Assembly: GCA_002269645.1 (NCBI GenBank)
Contig: NIVC01003924.1
Span: 5,407 to 69,406 of the forward strand
Source of the DNA: Macrostomum lignano
Lineage: Eukaryota
Length of the DNA: 64,000 nt
Direction of reading: 5' to 3'
This document shows, piece by piece, positions 1 to 14,258 of the stretch (position 1 is the stretch's first letter; each line of letters starts with the position of its first letter). Position numbers and translations under genes: made by a program. The notes under the pieces were generated by a model. The model was not told where the DNA came from, made no database searches, and was given only the letters and a program-made list of their open reading frames with translations.

Positions 1-1621
1 CATAAGAGACTCGGCCACCCTCCCCTGCCGACACCGCTGCGTCCGACATGATTAAAGAGAGGCGTTTGCTGATACGGGAGTGCCGTCGTTTGGACAAGGA
101 GGAAAGCCGATTGAAAGGGGAGTGTCTGGTGGCAGCCCCCCCCCCATATATCCTTCCTTTTCCCCTTTCATTTCCCAGCTGCGGGACTCCACCTCTGCAG
201 AGTTCTTCAAGGATAAGAGAGAGAGAGAGAGAGGTTTTGGGCATTTTCTCCCACCGCTCTCCACCATCTCATTTCCCATGGGAGCGACCCCGCTGTGCTG
301 TTTAACCGAGAGAGAGAGGAGGGGAGATGGAGAGAAAAAAGAGAATGAAGAAGAGGTGAAAGCAGCAACAGGAATTGATCAGAGAGATGGCACCGCGACA
401 AGGTGGCCGGCCAAAAGGGGAGATCTTGGCAAGCGATAAACTCGGCCGTTGGGAGTTGAAACACGAGGCCAGGGTGCGGATGAGCAGCTGAGCAGTGCCT
501 GCAGCCGCTTCATCTTTCAGCTGTCCCGACCTCGCTTGCGTCCGCCGTGCAGCATGGAAGGGGTGCGGTGAATACAAGAGCGAGGTCGGGAAACGATGAA
601 GTCAGCTGACGGCATCGATGCATTTCCAAGAAACCCTGAGTCAGCATGCGTCACCTTCAAGCGCGGCGTGTTTTGTGTTTTTCTGTCACGAAACCATCGG
701 TCTCCTACGAGTCGGATTTTTTGAGCATCATTAATTTCTGGCCGTGCTGTCGAACGAGTTTCGACTGATACGAAAAAGTCAAACCTGTTCGACCTCAGCC
801 AGGTCTTGGTCTTGATAGTTGAGCCCTGTCAGTAAGCCAGCTCAAGCGTTAAACTTGAAGTCATTATTGAATACAGGCTTGTATCGCTAGTATAAAGCTG
901 CACAGTTCACCCTCAGCAAGTCATTTAGCAGCCCATTGTCGCGAGAGACAATGGCATAAGCTTTTTCCATTTCCGCTTAGCCAGGCCCCGGGCAGAAACT
1001 TCTCTGACCGTCGCCACGAGTCCGTAGTCAAAGCCTGGATTACGTAATCCACTCCCGAAGTTAATTTTGGATTAATGATTTTCTATCCGACACACAGCTA
1101 TACAGGCCCGAGAGAGACAACTAAAGGTGCGACTTCATCCATCGGTGTTTCCCATCTGCAATTTTATTATCTATGCCGATATATTTAATATCTAAGCCAG
1201 GGTGTCGCACAGATTCTGGGCGTTAAAGTTAGTGGCGCTAGAATGGCTTGGGCGCATGGCTCAGCAGAGTGCGAGTTAGAGAGCAAATATGCCACTGTCA
1301 AACACCAGCGAAGCCGCTACCCCCGCCGCTTTTATATCCAGTATGGACTATGGCGCAAATAGAAGTTGAGACCTCTCAAAAAAGTCAATAAATCAGAGCT
1401 TGAGTGGCCCGCCCCCTCCCCCTACTGACTCTCCCTCTTTCTTCTCCCAGGGTTGAGTGCTGGCAGATAGACATATGATTCAGCTGGGTGGGAGTAGCTG
1501 AAGTCACGTGATTTGAACATTTTGCGCCGTCCAAATAAAATTCGCCATATTGAAAATGGCGAATCAACAAAGTAACTTTATAACAATTTTAACATGAAAA
1601 TAAGCAGTCTCATTAGATAAA

Positions 1622-1917
1622 AGCTTCAGAATGGGACAACAGCTTCAGAATGGGACAGCAGCTTCAGAATGGGACAGCAGCTTCAGAATGAGACAACAGC
1701 TTCAGAATGGGACAACAGCTTCAGAATGGGACAGCAGCTTCAGAATGGGACAGCAGCTTCAGAATGGGACAGCAGCTTCAGAATGGGACAACAGCTTCAG
1801 AATGGGACAACAGCTTCAGAATGGGACAGCAGTTCAGAATGGGACAGCAGCTTCAGAATGGGACAGCAGCTTCAGAATGGGACAGCAGCTTCAGAATGGG
1901 ACAGCAGCTTCAGAATG
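1622..1917 (+). repeat. 19-bp minisatellite (CAGCTTCAGAATGGGACAR)
   Basis: About 15 copies, intronic. Confidence 0.95.
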
Positions 1918-1934
1918 GGGCAGTCGCAATTTAC

Positions 1935-2464
1935 CTTGGCGTCGGAGCGCGGGTGCACAGGGTCCCGGTCAGAGGCCTGCACCATCAGCTTGTGTCGAGT
2001 CATGTCAGACACGTCCAGCGCTCTGGCAACTTTGATCTCCCCGGTATTCGCGTCTATGCTAAACTTCGAGCCGCGGTCCTGTGTGAGGCTGTACGAAATC
2101 TGCCCGTTGACACCTTCGTCTCCGTCGACCGCGTGAACCTTCTGCACCAAAGCGCCCGGATGGTGCGTGTAGATGCTGATGGTGACAACCGCGCCGTTTC
2201 CACCTGTCGAGTTGCCGCCGCTTGCTGGCTGTATGATTCGCGGTGTCTCGTCGTTGACGTCCAGCACGCGGACCAGGACGAGTTGGTCGGTGGACTTGGA
2301 GTGCGGCGCCGCCGCTCTGTCGGACACGCGCACCGGGATGCTGTACTCGCTAATCTCCTCGCGGTCCAGCTTGGCTGTGACTACCAGACTGCCATTCATG
2401 TCAACGCGGAATCGGTCCATGTGGGCGTGCGACAGCTGCGTGAAAAACACCTGGCCGTTCAAGC
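1935..2464 (-). CDS. Protocadherin, third coding exon (EC6, EC7); the gene continues beyond position 1
   Basis: Phase-1 acceptor CCAG|GC gives DADVG-LNGQV. Contains LDRE, DVNDETP and AVDGDEG. Donor AAG|GTAAAT. Seven EC repeats in total suggest a delta-type protocadherin; the TM and cytoplasmic exons were not found in the window. Confidence 0.93.
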
Positions 2465-2951
2465 CTGGACGTTTTTCGTTGGAGGGTAGACGTAAGTAAC
2501 ACAAGTAATACTCATACGAGTAAGCAGTGAAACTGCTATAAACTTCAGTAAACTGGGACAGAGAACTCGAGAATCAATCAAAAACCAAATATAAACTGCA
2601 AGCAGAGCGGCTTCAGCCGTAAACACGTCTGAATCTCGGACCACAACGAGCCACCATCTCACGCTTTGATTCCATGCGCAGGCGCATTAATTCGGGGCTT
2701 GTGCACGATTGACCTTAATTGACCTAGGGGAGCTGTCGTGCGATTCACATCCAATAGGTCAATAGGGCCAACCAACCACCAAGGCACAGAGAGGGTACAT
2801 GTCTGTCAATTAGAAAGTCAGGGTCTCCATTCACCCTGTGTGAGCGTGTGTATGAGTGCGTGCCTGCGTACAGTATTGGCGCGCTTGTATGTTCTATCTT
2901 ACTTTACTTTAAATCAAGGCATCAAATAGAAGCACCGCCAGTCTCGCTTAC

Positions 2952-3936
2952 CAACATCAGCATCCGAAGCAGTCATAACTCCCAGCAGAACTGGCGGCGC
3001 GGTGTTCTCCGTCACCTGGAATGCGGTGACGCCCTTGAACTGCGGCGAATTGTCGTTCTCATCGGTGATGCTCACTCGAAGCTGCGCCGTGCCGGTGAGG
3101 GCCGGCTGGCCGGCGTCCGACACCTCAAGCTGAAGCCGGTAAGAGTCTTTCCTCTCCCGGTCGAAGCTTCGTCTAGCTGAGACTTCGCCGGTGACGCTGT
3201 CGATGTCGAAGAATTCCTCATCTCCGTTGCCAACCAGGCGGTAGGCTAGCCGAGCATTCTCTCCCTCGTCGGCGTCTTCGGCTTTCAAGGTGGTGACGAT
3301 GGCACCTGGCCGGTTGTTCTCCATCAGCTGGGCCTCGATGATTCCGGAAGCGTCCTTGCCCAGGAATCGTGGCGCGTTGTCATTCTTGTCCAATATAGCA
3401 ACTCGAGCGGTGTAGGTGCTGGTGAGGCTGGGCTGCCCGCGGTCCCAACACACCAGCGTGCCTGTGACAACCGAGTCGCGCTCCCTATCGAACGTCTTGG
3501 TCGAGTGGATGGAGAACATGTTTGGCGAGTCGAGCTGGGCAAACTTGACGCTAAGGAGCCGGTTGTTGTGCTGCGATCGAGTCTCGCATTCTACCTCGCC
3601 GCTCGTCCCGGAGTCCCGGTCGAAGACGCGTACGGAGCCGATCCTCTCTCCGGCTTCGCGTCCCTCCTGAATCTGCAGCTGACCGCTCTCCTCGTACTCT
3701 GGCGCGTTGTCGTTGGCGTCCTCAACGTTCACCTCTACGACGGTCTTGTCCTCGAAGCGGCCGTCGGACACTTTCACCTGCATAAAGAAAACGGCCTGGG
3801 TCTCGTAGTCTAGCGGCTCCTTGATTGACAGGCTGCCATCCGATAGAATGTCAAAGTGGCGACGCGACTCCTCGGGCGAGCTGGCGTCGATGGAGTACTC
3901 GAGCTCGTGGATCAGGTCTTTGTCCCTGGCTTTCAG
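2952..3936 (-). CDS. Protocadherin, second coding exon (EC3-EC5, start of EC6)
   Basis: Acceptor TTGCAG|CTG joins in phase 0 to give VIAK|LKARDKD. Contains LDYE, DANDNAP, FDRE, DKNDNAP, AEDADEG and DENDNSP. The donor G|GTAAGC is phase 1. Confidence 0.95.
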
Positions 3937-5887
3937 CTGCAATGGTGGCGGGGGATTGGAGTGATTTAAGTTGGCAAAAATCCACAAATGGTAACAAAAC
4001 TGGATCATATTGATGATGGATGTGCCTTTAAGATTGAATACGATCAGTAAAAAATCGCATTTAACTGCATAGCACAGCTCGAATTGATTACATTTAGTGA
4101 TTAAAAGATTTATAGCTGAACATCGTTACTCATTTATCGAATTCTTTCCACTGGCTAGTTGAGCTCTGTGACCAAACTGATCAGAAATTGTCCAGTCTTG
4201 TCGAATTCCCTCGGGAGAACTGGGAAGAATGCACGATTTGTGGCTATCATGCGACTGGGACGCTACTCTGGAGAGACACGGATACTGCATCTCGACGATG
4301 CGTCACGCAGACTGTCGCGCTCTCATTTGCATTCAGGATGCTGCCGTCCGTCTGTCTGTTCTATCGAGTTTGTTAGCACTCGACACCTCCCAGCGGAGGG
4401 TCGGCTCTCAAAAAAGCAGCCTCCGTTTTATTTACTACTACACGAGCCGTACTGGGGCTTCGCGCGCGACTCGCTAGCCAGCTGGCCCCATGTGGCGATT
4501 ACGCAACGACCCGGCTCTCATGAGCGGAGTCGCCTCACATACGCTGCAACAGGCATTTCTCACTTCATTTTTTATTTCGTCTATTCCTTTCCCTACGCTT
4601 GCCCCCGCGCCTCCCTGTCTCACTGCGTTTCAAATTGTCTTCCTCCATATGAGGAGTCGATTTGATTTGCGCCCAGTCCCAGTCTTGCACGCACGCCAAG
4701 AGCTGGAATTCCGGGACCGCATCGGCCGGGAGTGAATCCGTACTCGGGCCGGCCAAGCCAAGCCGGGGGGAATTAAAATACACAAAAAATCTGCATGCCG
4801 GTCGCGATGAAGCTGTCTCTGAAGAGAAAAAATAAAATTTCAACGGCTTCTACACCGAGGGGCGGAGAATTTAGCGGTCTTAATTATCTTCTCCGCACCC
4901 TGGCCACGGTCTCGGTTGCGCCTCCCAGGGGACCGCGGGGTAGCTGGCGTGCGCTGGCGAGGTGGCTGGCGAATGCAAAAAGACGGGACAAATTTGGGAA
5001 GTCTTCCCCCGCCTCATCCCCCTTTCCAGTCTCAATGGGGACCCGGGCTGTATCGGAGAGAGTCTAGACCCTGGTGAGCAGCCCCAAGAAGGCTGTGAGA
5101 GGTGGCAGATCAAATCCCCAATCAGACTCCATTTCCTCTGAACTCTGACGAGTGTGTGGGGGGATATATGGCCAGAGTCATTTTCTCTCCATCATTTAGG
5201 CCTCAGGCAACTCTCAGGCAAATTAACAAACGTGATTAAACTTCCCAACCGGGAGCCGAAACCGAATGCCGAGGAGCTGGAGGGTCAGACTGGGCTTGCT
5301 ATCAACAGATCCCTGAGCTGCACTGCCCTCATTTCCTCTTTGCTAGTTTGGGATCGCAAATTACCTCTGCTGGAGGGTGGGGAGAGACAGGTAGGTATCG
5401 TCTTTCCGTGACACTTCCTTAAATTGGATCTCCAGTTTGTCCGGCCCTCCAAATCTGTTGCGCAATAACTGTGTCAACAGGTTTTACAGTAAGCTGTCGA
5501 CGGGCGTTCAATGACTGGCAGTCCAAATTATCTTTTTCCCCTGGGTTTTTGCCCGTGACTCTTATAAAATCAAGTCAATATGTAAAGGTGGGCGGGAGGT
5601 GCAATATTGGCCTCCAGATTGGGAGCAACTGAGCAAATGAAGTCAGGTAGACTAGACGTAGGGGCTGACAGACAGTCAATATCCCAGTACTGCAGTGGCA
5701 GCTCTGCCCCAACCTTTAACAGTAACTCCGCATTTTCCAATATTCAAGCATAATGCCCCCGGCTAGACTGCCACTTGTTTGACACTTTCTCGCACGCCAG
5801 TATACGGTACCATCTGTTTTTTAGTTTGCAACTTGCATTTTCGTGAGCCAACCTTGCACTTTTTAATCCAAGTAGATTTTGGGTTTT

Positions 5888-7893
5888 GGACCTCAGGATC
5901 CGAGATTGCTAGAATCGGGATCTCAGGATCCAGGATTGCTACAATCGGGATCTCAGGATCCGGGATTGCTACAATCGGGATCTCAGGATCCGGGATTGCT
6001 AGAATCGGGACCTCAGGATCCAGGATTGCTACAATCGAGACCTCAGGATCCAGGATTGCTACAATCGGGACCTCAGGATCCAGGACTGCTACAATAGGGA
6101 CCTCAGGATCCGGGATTGCTACAATCGGGACCTCAGGATCCAGGACTGCTACAATAGGGACCTCAGGATCCGGGATTGCTACAATCGAGACCTCAGGATC
6201 CAGGATTGCTACAATCGGGACCTCAGGATCCAGGATTGCTACAATCGGGACCTCAGGATCCGGGATTGCTAGAATCGGGACCTCAGGATCCAGGACTGCT
6301 ACAATAGGGACCTCAGGATCCGGGATTGCTAGAATCGGGATCTCAGGATCCGGGATTGCTACAATCGGGACCTCAGGATCCAGGACTGCTACAATAGGGA
6401 CCTCAGGATCCGAGATTGCTAGAATCGGGACCTCAGGATCCAGGATTGCTACAATCGGGACCTCAGGATCCAGGACTGCTACAATAGGGACCTCAGGATC
6501 CGGGATTGCTACAATCGGGATCTCAGGATCCGGGATTGCTAGAATCGGGACCTCAGGATCCAGGACTGCTACAATAGGGACCTCAGGATCCACGATTGCT
6601 AGAATCGAGACCTCAGGATCCAGGATTGCTACAATCGAGACCTCAGGATCCAGGACTGCTACAATCGGGACCTCAGGATCCGGGATTGCTACAATCGGGA
6701 CCTCAGGATCCAGGACTGCTACAATAGGGACCTCAGGATCCAGGACTGCTACAATCGGGATCTCAGGATCCAGGATTGCTATAATCGGGACCTCAGGATC
6801 CACGATTGCTAGAATCGAGACCTCAGGATCCAGGATTGCTACAATCGAGACCTCAGGATCCAGGACTGCTACAATCGGGACCTCAGGATCCGGGATTGCT
6901 AGAATCGGGACCTCAGGATCCGGGATTGCTACAATCGGGACCTCAGGATCCAGGATTGCTACAATCGAGACCTCAGGAGCCAGGATTGCTACAATCGGGA
7001 CCTCAGGATCCAGGATTGCTACAATAGGGACCTCAGGATCCGGGATTGCTACAATCGGGATCTCAGGATCCGGGATTGCTAGAATCGGGACCTCAGGATC
7101 CAGGACTGCTACAATAGGGACCTCAGGATCCGGGATTGCTACAATCGGGATCTCAGGATCCGGGATTGCTACAATCGGGACCTCAGGATTCAGGACTGCT
7201 ACAATAGGGACCTCAGGATCCGAGATTGCTAGAATCGGGACCTCAGGATCCAGGATTGCTACAATCGGGACCTCAGGATCCAGGACTGCTACAATAGGGA
7301 CCTCAGGATCCGGGATTGCTACAATCGGGATCTCAGGATCCGGGATTGCTAGAATCGGGACCTCAGGATCCAGGACTGCTACAATAGGGACCTCAGGATC
7401 TAGGACTGCTACAATCGGGATCTCAGGATCCAGGATTGCTATAATCGGGACCTCAGGATCCACGATTGCTAGAATCGAGACCTCAGGATCCAGGATTGCT
7501 ACAATCGGGACCTCAGGATCCGGGATTGCTAGAATCGGGACCTCAGGATCCGGGATTGCTAGAATCGGGACCTCAGGATCCAGGATTGCTACAATCGAGA
7601 CCTCAGGAGCCAGGATTGCTACAATCGGGACCTCAGGATCCAGGATTGCTACAATAGGGACCTCAGGATCCGGGATTGCTACAATCGGGATCTCAGGATC
7701 CGGGATTGCTAGAATCGGGACCTCAGGATCCAGGATTGCTACAATCGAGACCTCAGGATCCGGGATTGCTACAATCGGGACCTCAGGATCCGGGATTGCT
7801 AGAATCGGGACCTCAGGATCCGGGATTGCTACAATCGGGACCTCAGGATCCGGGATTGCTACAATCGGGATCTCAGGATCCGGGACTGCTAGA
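5888..7893 (+). repeat. 30-bp minisatellite (GGGACCTCAGGATCCRGGATTGCTACAATC)
   Basis: About 67 copies in the 7-kb protocadherin intron. Confidence 0.97.
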
Positions 7894-10800
7894 ACGCAAG
7901 GAAGATGGTGATAAAAAATAATTTCAAGCCACTGCAAATCCCGTACAGTGCGACTATTAAATTTGAACCCGCTGTGCCCACCGCGCTCCTCACTGCCTGT
8001 CAGGGAGTCCCTCTGTTATTGACAGCCTGCGAAGCCACAGGTGAGCGGCTAAGCGGTGAAAACACGGGGGGGGGCAATGGTTGCCGGGGGCTGAAAATGA
8101 TGATGTCGAACTTTGGGTAGTTTTTAAGCGAGAAAAAAGTACGAAGAAAGCAGGGTTTTTTTAAATGATCCTCATTTTTTCGATCTTTCAAGCGAAGCTT
8201 GGCCCGCCCCCCTCCCCCCTGTAGTGCCAGTCAGTCAGTCAGTCGGGTTGAAAACTGAAGTTAAAAAAGGCATTTCTTTGCTAGATATTTTGTCTTTTCT
8301 CCATCTTTCCTGGTCTGAAATAATCACAGAGAAGTGAGCGGGCGGGCGCCCCACCGGCCCTCCGCGCGGCTTTTATCCCCAACGGGACTCACAGTCGGGA
8401 ATTCATCGGCTTTATGGGAAAAGACGGTCGCATTTCTGATGAACTCGAAAGGGGAAAGCCGGTAATAAAAGTGGCCGAACTTTGAGGGAAAAAATCCTTA
8501 GGAATTCGAGGCCCCAGTCGATCACACTCATTGGCTTTAGTCGGTTTTATAGCGAACTGAAGAGCGTCTCCTTCTGGGTTTATCTTCATCGGGAGGGTGG
8601 CGCACCGGCTGTCACGGAGTTTTGCTTGTCCCCAGCTGCTCACAGAGAGCGCACAGAAATGAAACTGGAAAATATTCAGTACTTTAAAACTACTCCCCGC
8701 CGCTCTGCACTCGTTAGCAATGCGGCGATTCGATCGGTTTAATCACCATTGAGTCTTGTTCACAAACTGCTATGAGCGCCTCATCATTGGGAGGGGTCAA
8801 CAGGCGTCCCCTCAGGGGGCGGGCGGAGGCTCTCTGATTAACCCTCCGGCCCGCCTCTAGTAGTAATCTCTTTGGGCTTGTTCTCCGCTTCTGCCCCCCT
8901 GGGCCGGGCCCATTATGCCCAAATCAGCTGTGCTGGTCGTGAATAGGGAGAGGGGGGGGCTTTTTTACGAGCTACTCGCGTCGGGCTTCGAACCTGCGAG
9001 CAGAGAGAGAGTGGAAATCTCTTTTCTCTTTCCATGTCGATTTTGCAAAGCCTTTTGGATCGGTAGCTGGTTGCTAAGTTAGGAGAGTCTTGGCGGTGCC
9101 AGACAGCCGTTCCCCAGCTGCCGCTTCCGCAATTTTCTGCTATTTTCTTTCTTAAAAAAGCAGTTAAGATCATCGTGGCTCCGTGCTCACTTTCAAGCGC
9201 TGCAATCACAGCATGACCCTCTCACGGATGCTGATGAGTTCATCTCAACAAAAGTAATCAGAGTATTGTGGAGTAGCGCTTCCGCTGGGTTCCATTGTGC
9301 GGCCGCCCGCAGCGTCAGCTCCTGAATTGCATCTCAGGACTTGGCTAACAATAAATGACATTTGTAAAATTTTTAACATAGCCAGATTCATGGTAACTTT
9401 CATTGCATCTATTGTTGCCTAAAGATGCGTACCAAGTACTGCCTTTTAATTCCCTTATGGGCCATGGGAACTCGCATGCCTAGATGGGAGATTTCACACT
9501 TGCCGCACTTGAAGACGGGAAAGAGAGAGAGAGGGGAGGGGCACAGAAAGCTTTGCTCAAGGCTCTCCAATGCTCAGCCGTTTATCCCATTAGTAGCTGG
9601 GTGAGAGAGGGAGGGGGAGGCTGCACGGCCGAGGCGGCCACTTGGATGAAGTGGGCGGACAAGGGGAGGTGGCAAAAGTAGGGGATAACCGCAGCCACAC
9701 TGGGAAATAGGATCAAATAGGATTGGAGGCGGGTGGGTCTGGCGGCACTGCGACAAGCACCTCACCAGCTGAGTGAAAGCGAGAGAGAGAGAGAAGTGGA
9801 CCTTTGAGTGCGCAAAGCAAAATTTTGTGTGTCTGGGAGGAGTTGGGTGATCAGCTCGCCGCCTTGCCGCCACAAGTTGAAAGTGTGTGAATGTGTGAAC
9901 ACTTTGGGTGCGCAGTAGTGGGCACAACACTGCTCAAGAGGTGCGCTCTCTTGAGCTGTGAGGCTAACGAGAGTGAGGAAGAGAGCGGAGACTTGGGACT
10001 CGCAGCAGAGTGAGCTCGAGAAAAGGTTAAACAAAAAACCCGGTCCAGTAAGAGTGCTACTCTCTTAGCTAAGACTCTATTACGGAATTGCATGCATACA
10101 CTGCTATATGACTAGAAATAATTAAGTGAAAAGCACGAGCCAAGCCACTGGCAGTTGTCGGGCAGCCAAGCGATAGATTTCAATGCAGTACGCGGGAATA
10201 GCAATTCATTATTTGGCATATTGTAACTTATAAGACGCCATCATCTTCTCAGCCTCTCCCTGTGCCCCATCAGACTAATGAGCAGTGTGGAGGCTGGGGG
10301 TGATTAGCGGCCAAGATAAGCCCCCCTGGCTTTGGGATATGCCTGTATGATTTGGGCTGACTGCAGCACCCGGCAGCCAACGCAGCCCCCCCCCCCCCCC
10401 CAGTCCGTTGGTGTTTTTTGGTCGGCGGGGTTGGCTTATTAATCATGCATTCGCTGGCTGCTGGCGCCGGCTCTGCAAGTGAGTCACAGCTGCTCCAACC
10501 CGGGGACCTCCTGAAGAAGCAGAGGACAGCACAGGACTCGCCTGGCCTGCTCTGCTCACATCCTTCCTTGACTTGCCGACAGAAGCTACCAGCAGCACCA
10601 GCCAGCCTCGCTGACCCTCCCGCTGATCCTTCCGACTCTGCCCTCTGAGACTTGAGAGATGGCGCCCTTCACTCTCTCGAGCCCATAAAGTTTTTTGCAC
10701 AAATCTCTGAATGAATTACTTCGGCTCCCTCTCTCCGTTGCCTGACTTTTGCCTCTCTTCCACTCTCTGTGTTTCCTTTTTCACCGATTCATCTACCCGA

Positions 10801-10945
10801 GTAAATAAAACTGAAGAAACATTCAAATGAAAATGACCGGAAGTTTCAACCAGTTGTCAAAACCAGCCGTCTTATCTGCTGTGCGACCCAAAAAATGATG
10901 AAGGAGCAAAATGTTTCTCCAGAAGTTTTAGCACCTCTGACTCAC

Positions 10946-11812
10946 CTTTGCAATCACGTAACCTTTGGCCTTGTCCTCGGACACTCGAACCGACGTGCGT
11001 TTAGACTCGAACTCCGGACTATTGTCGTTGACATCCTTGATGACCACGCGGACGGTGATGCGGCCCTTCCGACCGTGTCCGTCCTGGGCCACGAGGTCGA
11101 ACTGGTAGCTCTGCTGCCTCTCAGCGTCCAGGCCCTTCTTCATCAGCAGGTAGGGGTTGCCGTACTCGTCCACATTCAACTCGAAGGTCTCCAAGGTCTC
11201 CGGGCTGGCGCTGGCCGGGTCGATAGTGTACGTCACCCGGCTGAGTTCCGGCGAGAAGTCGTCGTCCTTGGCGATCGGCAGGTCGACCCGCGGGTTCGGA
11301 CAGGCGACCCCCGGCACCAGGCAGACGGACTCGTCCCGCTGGATCTCTTCGTAGGTTGACTGAAACCTCGGCGCGTGGTCGTTGATGTCGCGCACGATCA
11401 AGGTGAACCTGCCGCGCGCCAACCGCCGGCCCTGCAGCTGCGGCTGCGTCGGCGGTGGCAGCTCGCGGACCACCACAGAGAAGGCGTGCCGGCCGCCATG
11501 CGGGCACTTCGCAGTGGACCGGCAGATCGTCTCCAGATCGATGGACGCCTTCAAGCGAATTTCGCCCGAGGACGAGTCGACGCTCACGTAAGCGTCGTGC
11601 ATCTCGAGGGCGTAGGACAGCGGGCCGGCGGAGGTCAGGTGCCGGGACAGGTTGCCAAGGGCAGCGACATTGCCCAGCGCCTGCGGCTGACTTTCCTCTG
11701 ATATTTCGATCGCCTTCTCGAAGGTATACAGAGCGGCCACGCCGGAATGCGATGCGACGGTCGTCAAGGCGACCGCGAAGGTCAGAAGCTCGCGCCAGCT
11801 GCTTAGAGGCAT
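10946..11812 (-). CDS. Protocadherin, first coding exon (signal peptide, EC1, EC2, start of EC3)
   Basis: ORF has a hydrophobic signal peptide and cadherin motifs (IDLE, DINDHAPRF, AKDDD, LDAE, AQDGH, DVNDNSPEF). It ends AAG|GTGAG at 10946/10945. A splice acceptor TTTTTGCAG lies just upstream of the ATG (11823), implying an upstream UTR exon or trans-splicing. Confidence 0.93.
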
Positions 11813-13789
11813 TTGCTGGACAGCTGCAAAAACGAATAATGATGAGGGAGAGATTTTGGAGTTGGATTCAACAAACGGAGCTCAATTTTTTTATTAACTG
11901 AGGCTGCTTTGAGCAGTTTCGCAAGCAAGCCAATGCACTGGAAGAGCAGGTGCCTGGCCGCTAACTGTGGCCTGCAATTTTCAATTTTATTAGCAATGGC
12001 TCCTGACTCGATTTCGAGCCACACAAGCTGCTCAATCTCTGTCTCGTCCTAATAAATGCTATTTTTTGAAGTGCTTCTTCCGTTGGAGAGTAATCTGCAT
12101 AATCTGCAGACAGCGCGGGAAATTTGGTCTGCAAAATTAAAATAATGACCATTTCCATGCTCCCTGCTATCTCTCTCTCTGCGTGTGCAAGCGAAGTCGT
12201 TAGCACCCTTTTTTATCCCAACAACTGGGGGATAATTGTTCCGGAAGCAGAGCGTGTTGCAGATTCCCCCCTCCCCACCCCCATCCAGCCGCAGAGCCTC
12301 CCAGCTTATTTTGCATTTTTCGCATTCAGAAAAAATCCTGGCAGTAAAATTTGGGAGGCTGATTTCTTGTCAAAAATTGGAACACCAAATCCGCTGGCTG
12401 ATTCTCCCCCGAGCCTCATCAGGCAGTCCAGGCTCCCAACTAGCTGTTCGATTCGACCCAGAATTCAACCCGAAGTCACCTTTTCTTCGTTGTCCTTTGC
12501 AGCCAGCTCCTAGCGAGGGGTAAACTATTTAAGCTATTTATCGCATGGAGAGCACAAAGCGTCTTGTTATTCGCGACAAAAGAATTCGCGGCTGGCGAAA
12601 AGTCGAGAAGACGCATTCCAAAATGAAGCGAACTCGCACAGGAGTGGCCGCAGCTCCCCGAACAGCTGACTCCGACAGACACTGCCAGATTTTCAAAAAG
12701 TTGTTCTATGAAAATCTGGGCACACCCCCAACCCTGACCGGGCGCAGCTGACAGATGGGACCTCGGCGTGATGCAGACTCTCCGCCGCCTCATCATGCCT
12801 CTCCTAAGCCTGTCCCACCCTCGGGCTGTCCTGTTCCGCATTGGAAAGATTTTACTGTTGCGCAATGCTTTCGTACAGCTGATTGCATGCAATGGCGGCA
12901 TATACAGTTCTGCATAGACTGCTTGGTTAGAGGATTTTAACGATTTCGTTTAAACAAACAGACTACTGCTTCGTCCTGTAGGGTAGAGAATGCTAATTCT
13001 TATCGGGCAGTGGGGCCTAAGCTTTGTTTAAATTAATTACATACCTTTTATTAGGTTGGAACTCAGGGGCGGGGGACTCATCTGCATGGCTAGCCCCATC
13101 AGAAGTCACTCAGTTGTATTAGGCTAATCGAAATTTTTTTTCTCTTTTTTACCGATAGCTGCAGCTCTCAATGCGTTGGCTTATCAGCTCGTTCTCATCT
13201 GTCCGCTCCGCCTTGTGGCGCTTCTCATTCCAGTCCTTTGCTGGCAATATCTTCATCATCTCAAGCAGCCCTTGTCGTTTGAGAGCTCAGTTGCTATCAT
13301 TATCTCTATATAGATTTTTGCCTTCTATATTGGCACAGAGACTACACAGATGTCCACGCAGAGCTGATCTGCGGCAGCACTTGTTAGGCCCGAGACTCTC
13401 TGTGCCCGTGTTTTATCCGAATTCCACTTTTTCACTTTGGTACCCCATCAATCGTTAATGACATCCTCAGTGGGTTAGGAAAAACTGAAAAAAAATCGAT
13501 CAGAGATATTTGACTGGCTGATGAAGTCCGTTCGACAAACATATGCGGAATTTGTCAAAGGAAATGATTCTGCGTTGTCTTTGTCTTGGCATTGTTCTTT
13601 TTAGACTTGAAAGGAAATAGGATAGGGAGTGCAACTACAGACAGAGTCTGCTTGAGGAAAAGCAATTTCAGGTATTTCACATGGACAGCTGAAGCAGAAG
13701 GGACGCTACTCTCAATTTTCTTAGAAATGACTAGCAATCAGCGCCCCCGTTGGAGAGGCAACAAAGAATGGAATACAAATATTCTGATC

Positions 13790-14258
13790 TCTCAGCAATT
13801 TCCCCGTAAGCCTCGACATCTCAGCGATTCCCCCAGTAAGCCTTGAAATCTCAGCGATTCCCCCCTGTAAGCCTTGACATCTCAGCGATTCCCCCAGTAA
13901 GCCTTGACATCTCAGCGATTCCCCCCTGTAAGCCTTGTCATCTCAGCGATTCCCCCAGTAAGCCTTGACATCTCAGCAATCCCCCAGTAAGCCTTGACAT
14001 CTCAGCGATTCCCCCAGTAAGCCTTGACATCTCAGCAATTCCCCCAGTAAGCCTTGACATCTCAGCGATTCCCCCAGTAAGCCTTGACATCTCAGCAATT
14101 CCCCCAGTAAGCCTTGACATCTCAGCAATCCCCCAGTAAGCCTTGACATCTCAGCAATCCCCCGTAAGCCTCAACATCTCAGCTATTCCCCCCGTAAGCC
14201 TCAACATCTCAGCAATTCCCCCAGTAAGCCTTGACATCTCAGCAATTCCCCCGAAAGC
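13790..14258 (+). repeat. 30-bp minisatellite (CTCAGCRATTCCCCCAGTAAGCCTTGACAT)
   Basis: About 15 copies. Confidence 0.93.

Noticed and set aside
5763-7937. 710-aa and 724-aa ORFs on both strands
   Set aside because: They arise from a stop-free 30-bp minisatellite inside the protocadherin intron. Open frames on both strands are a repeat artefact.
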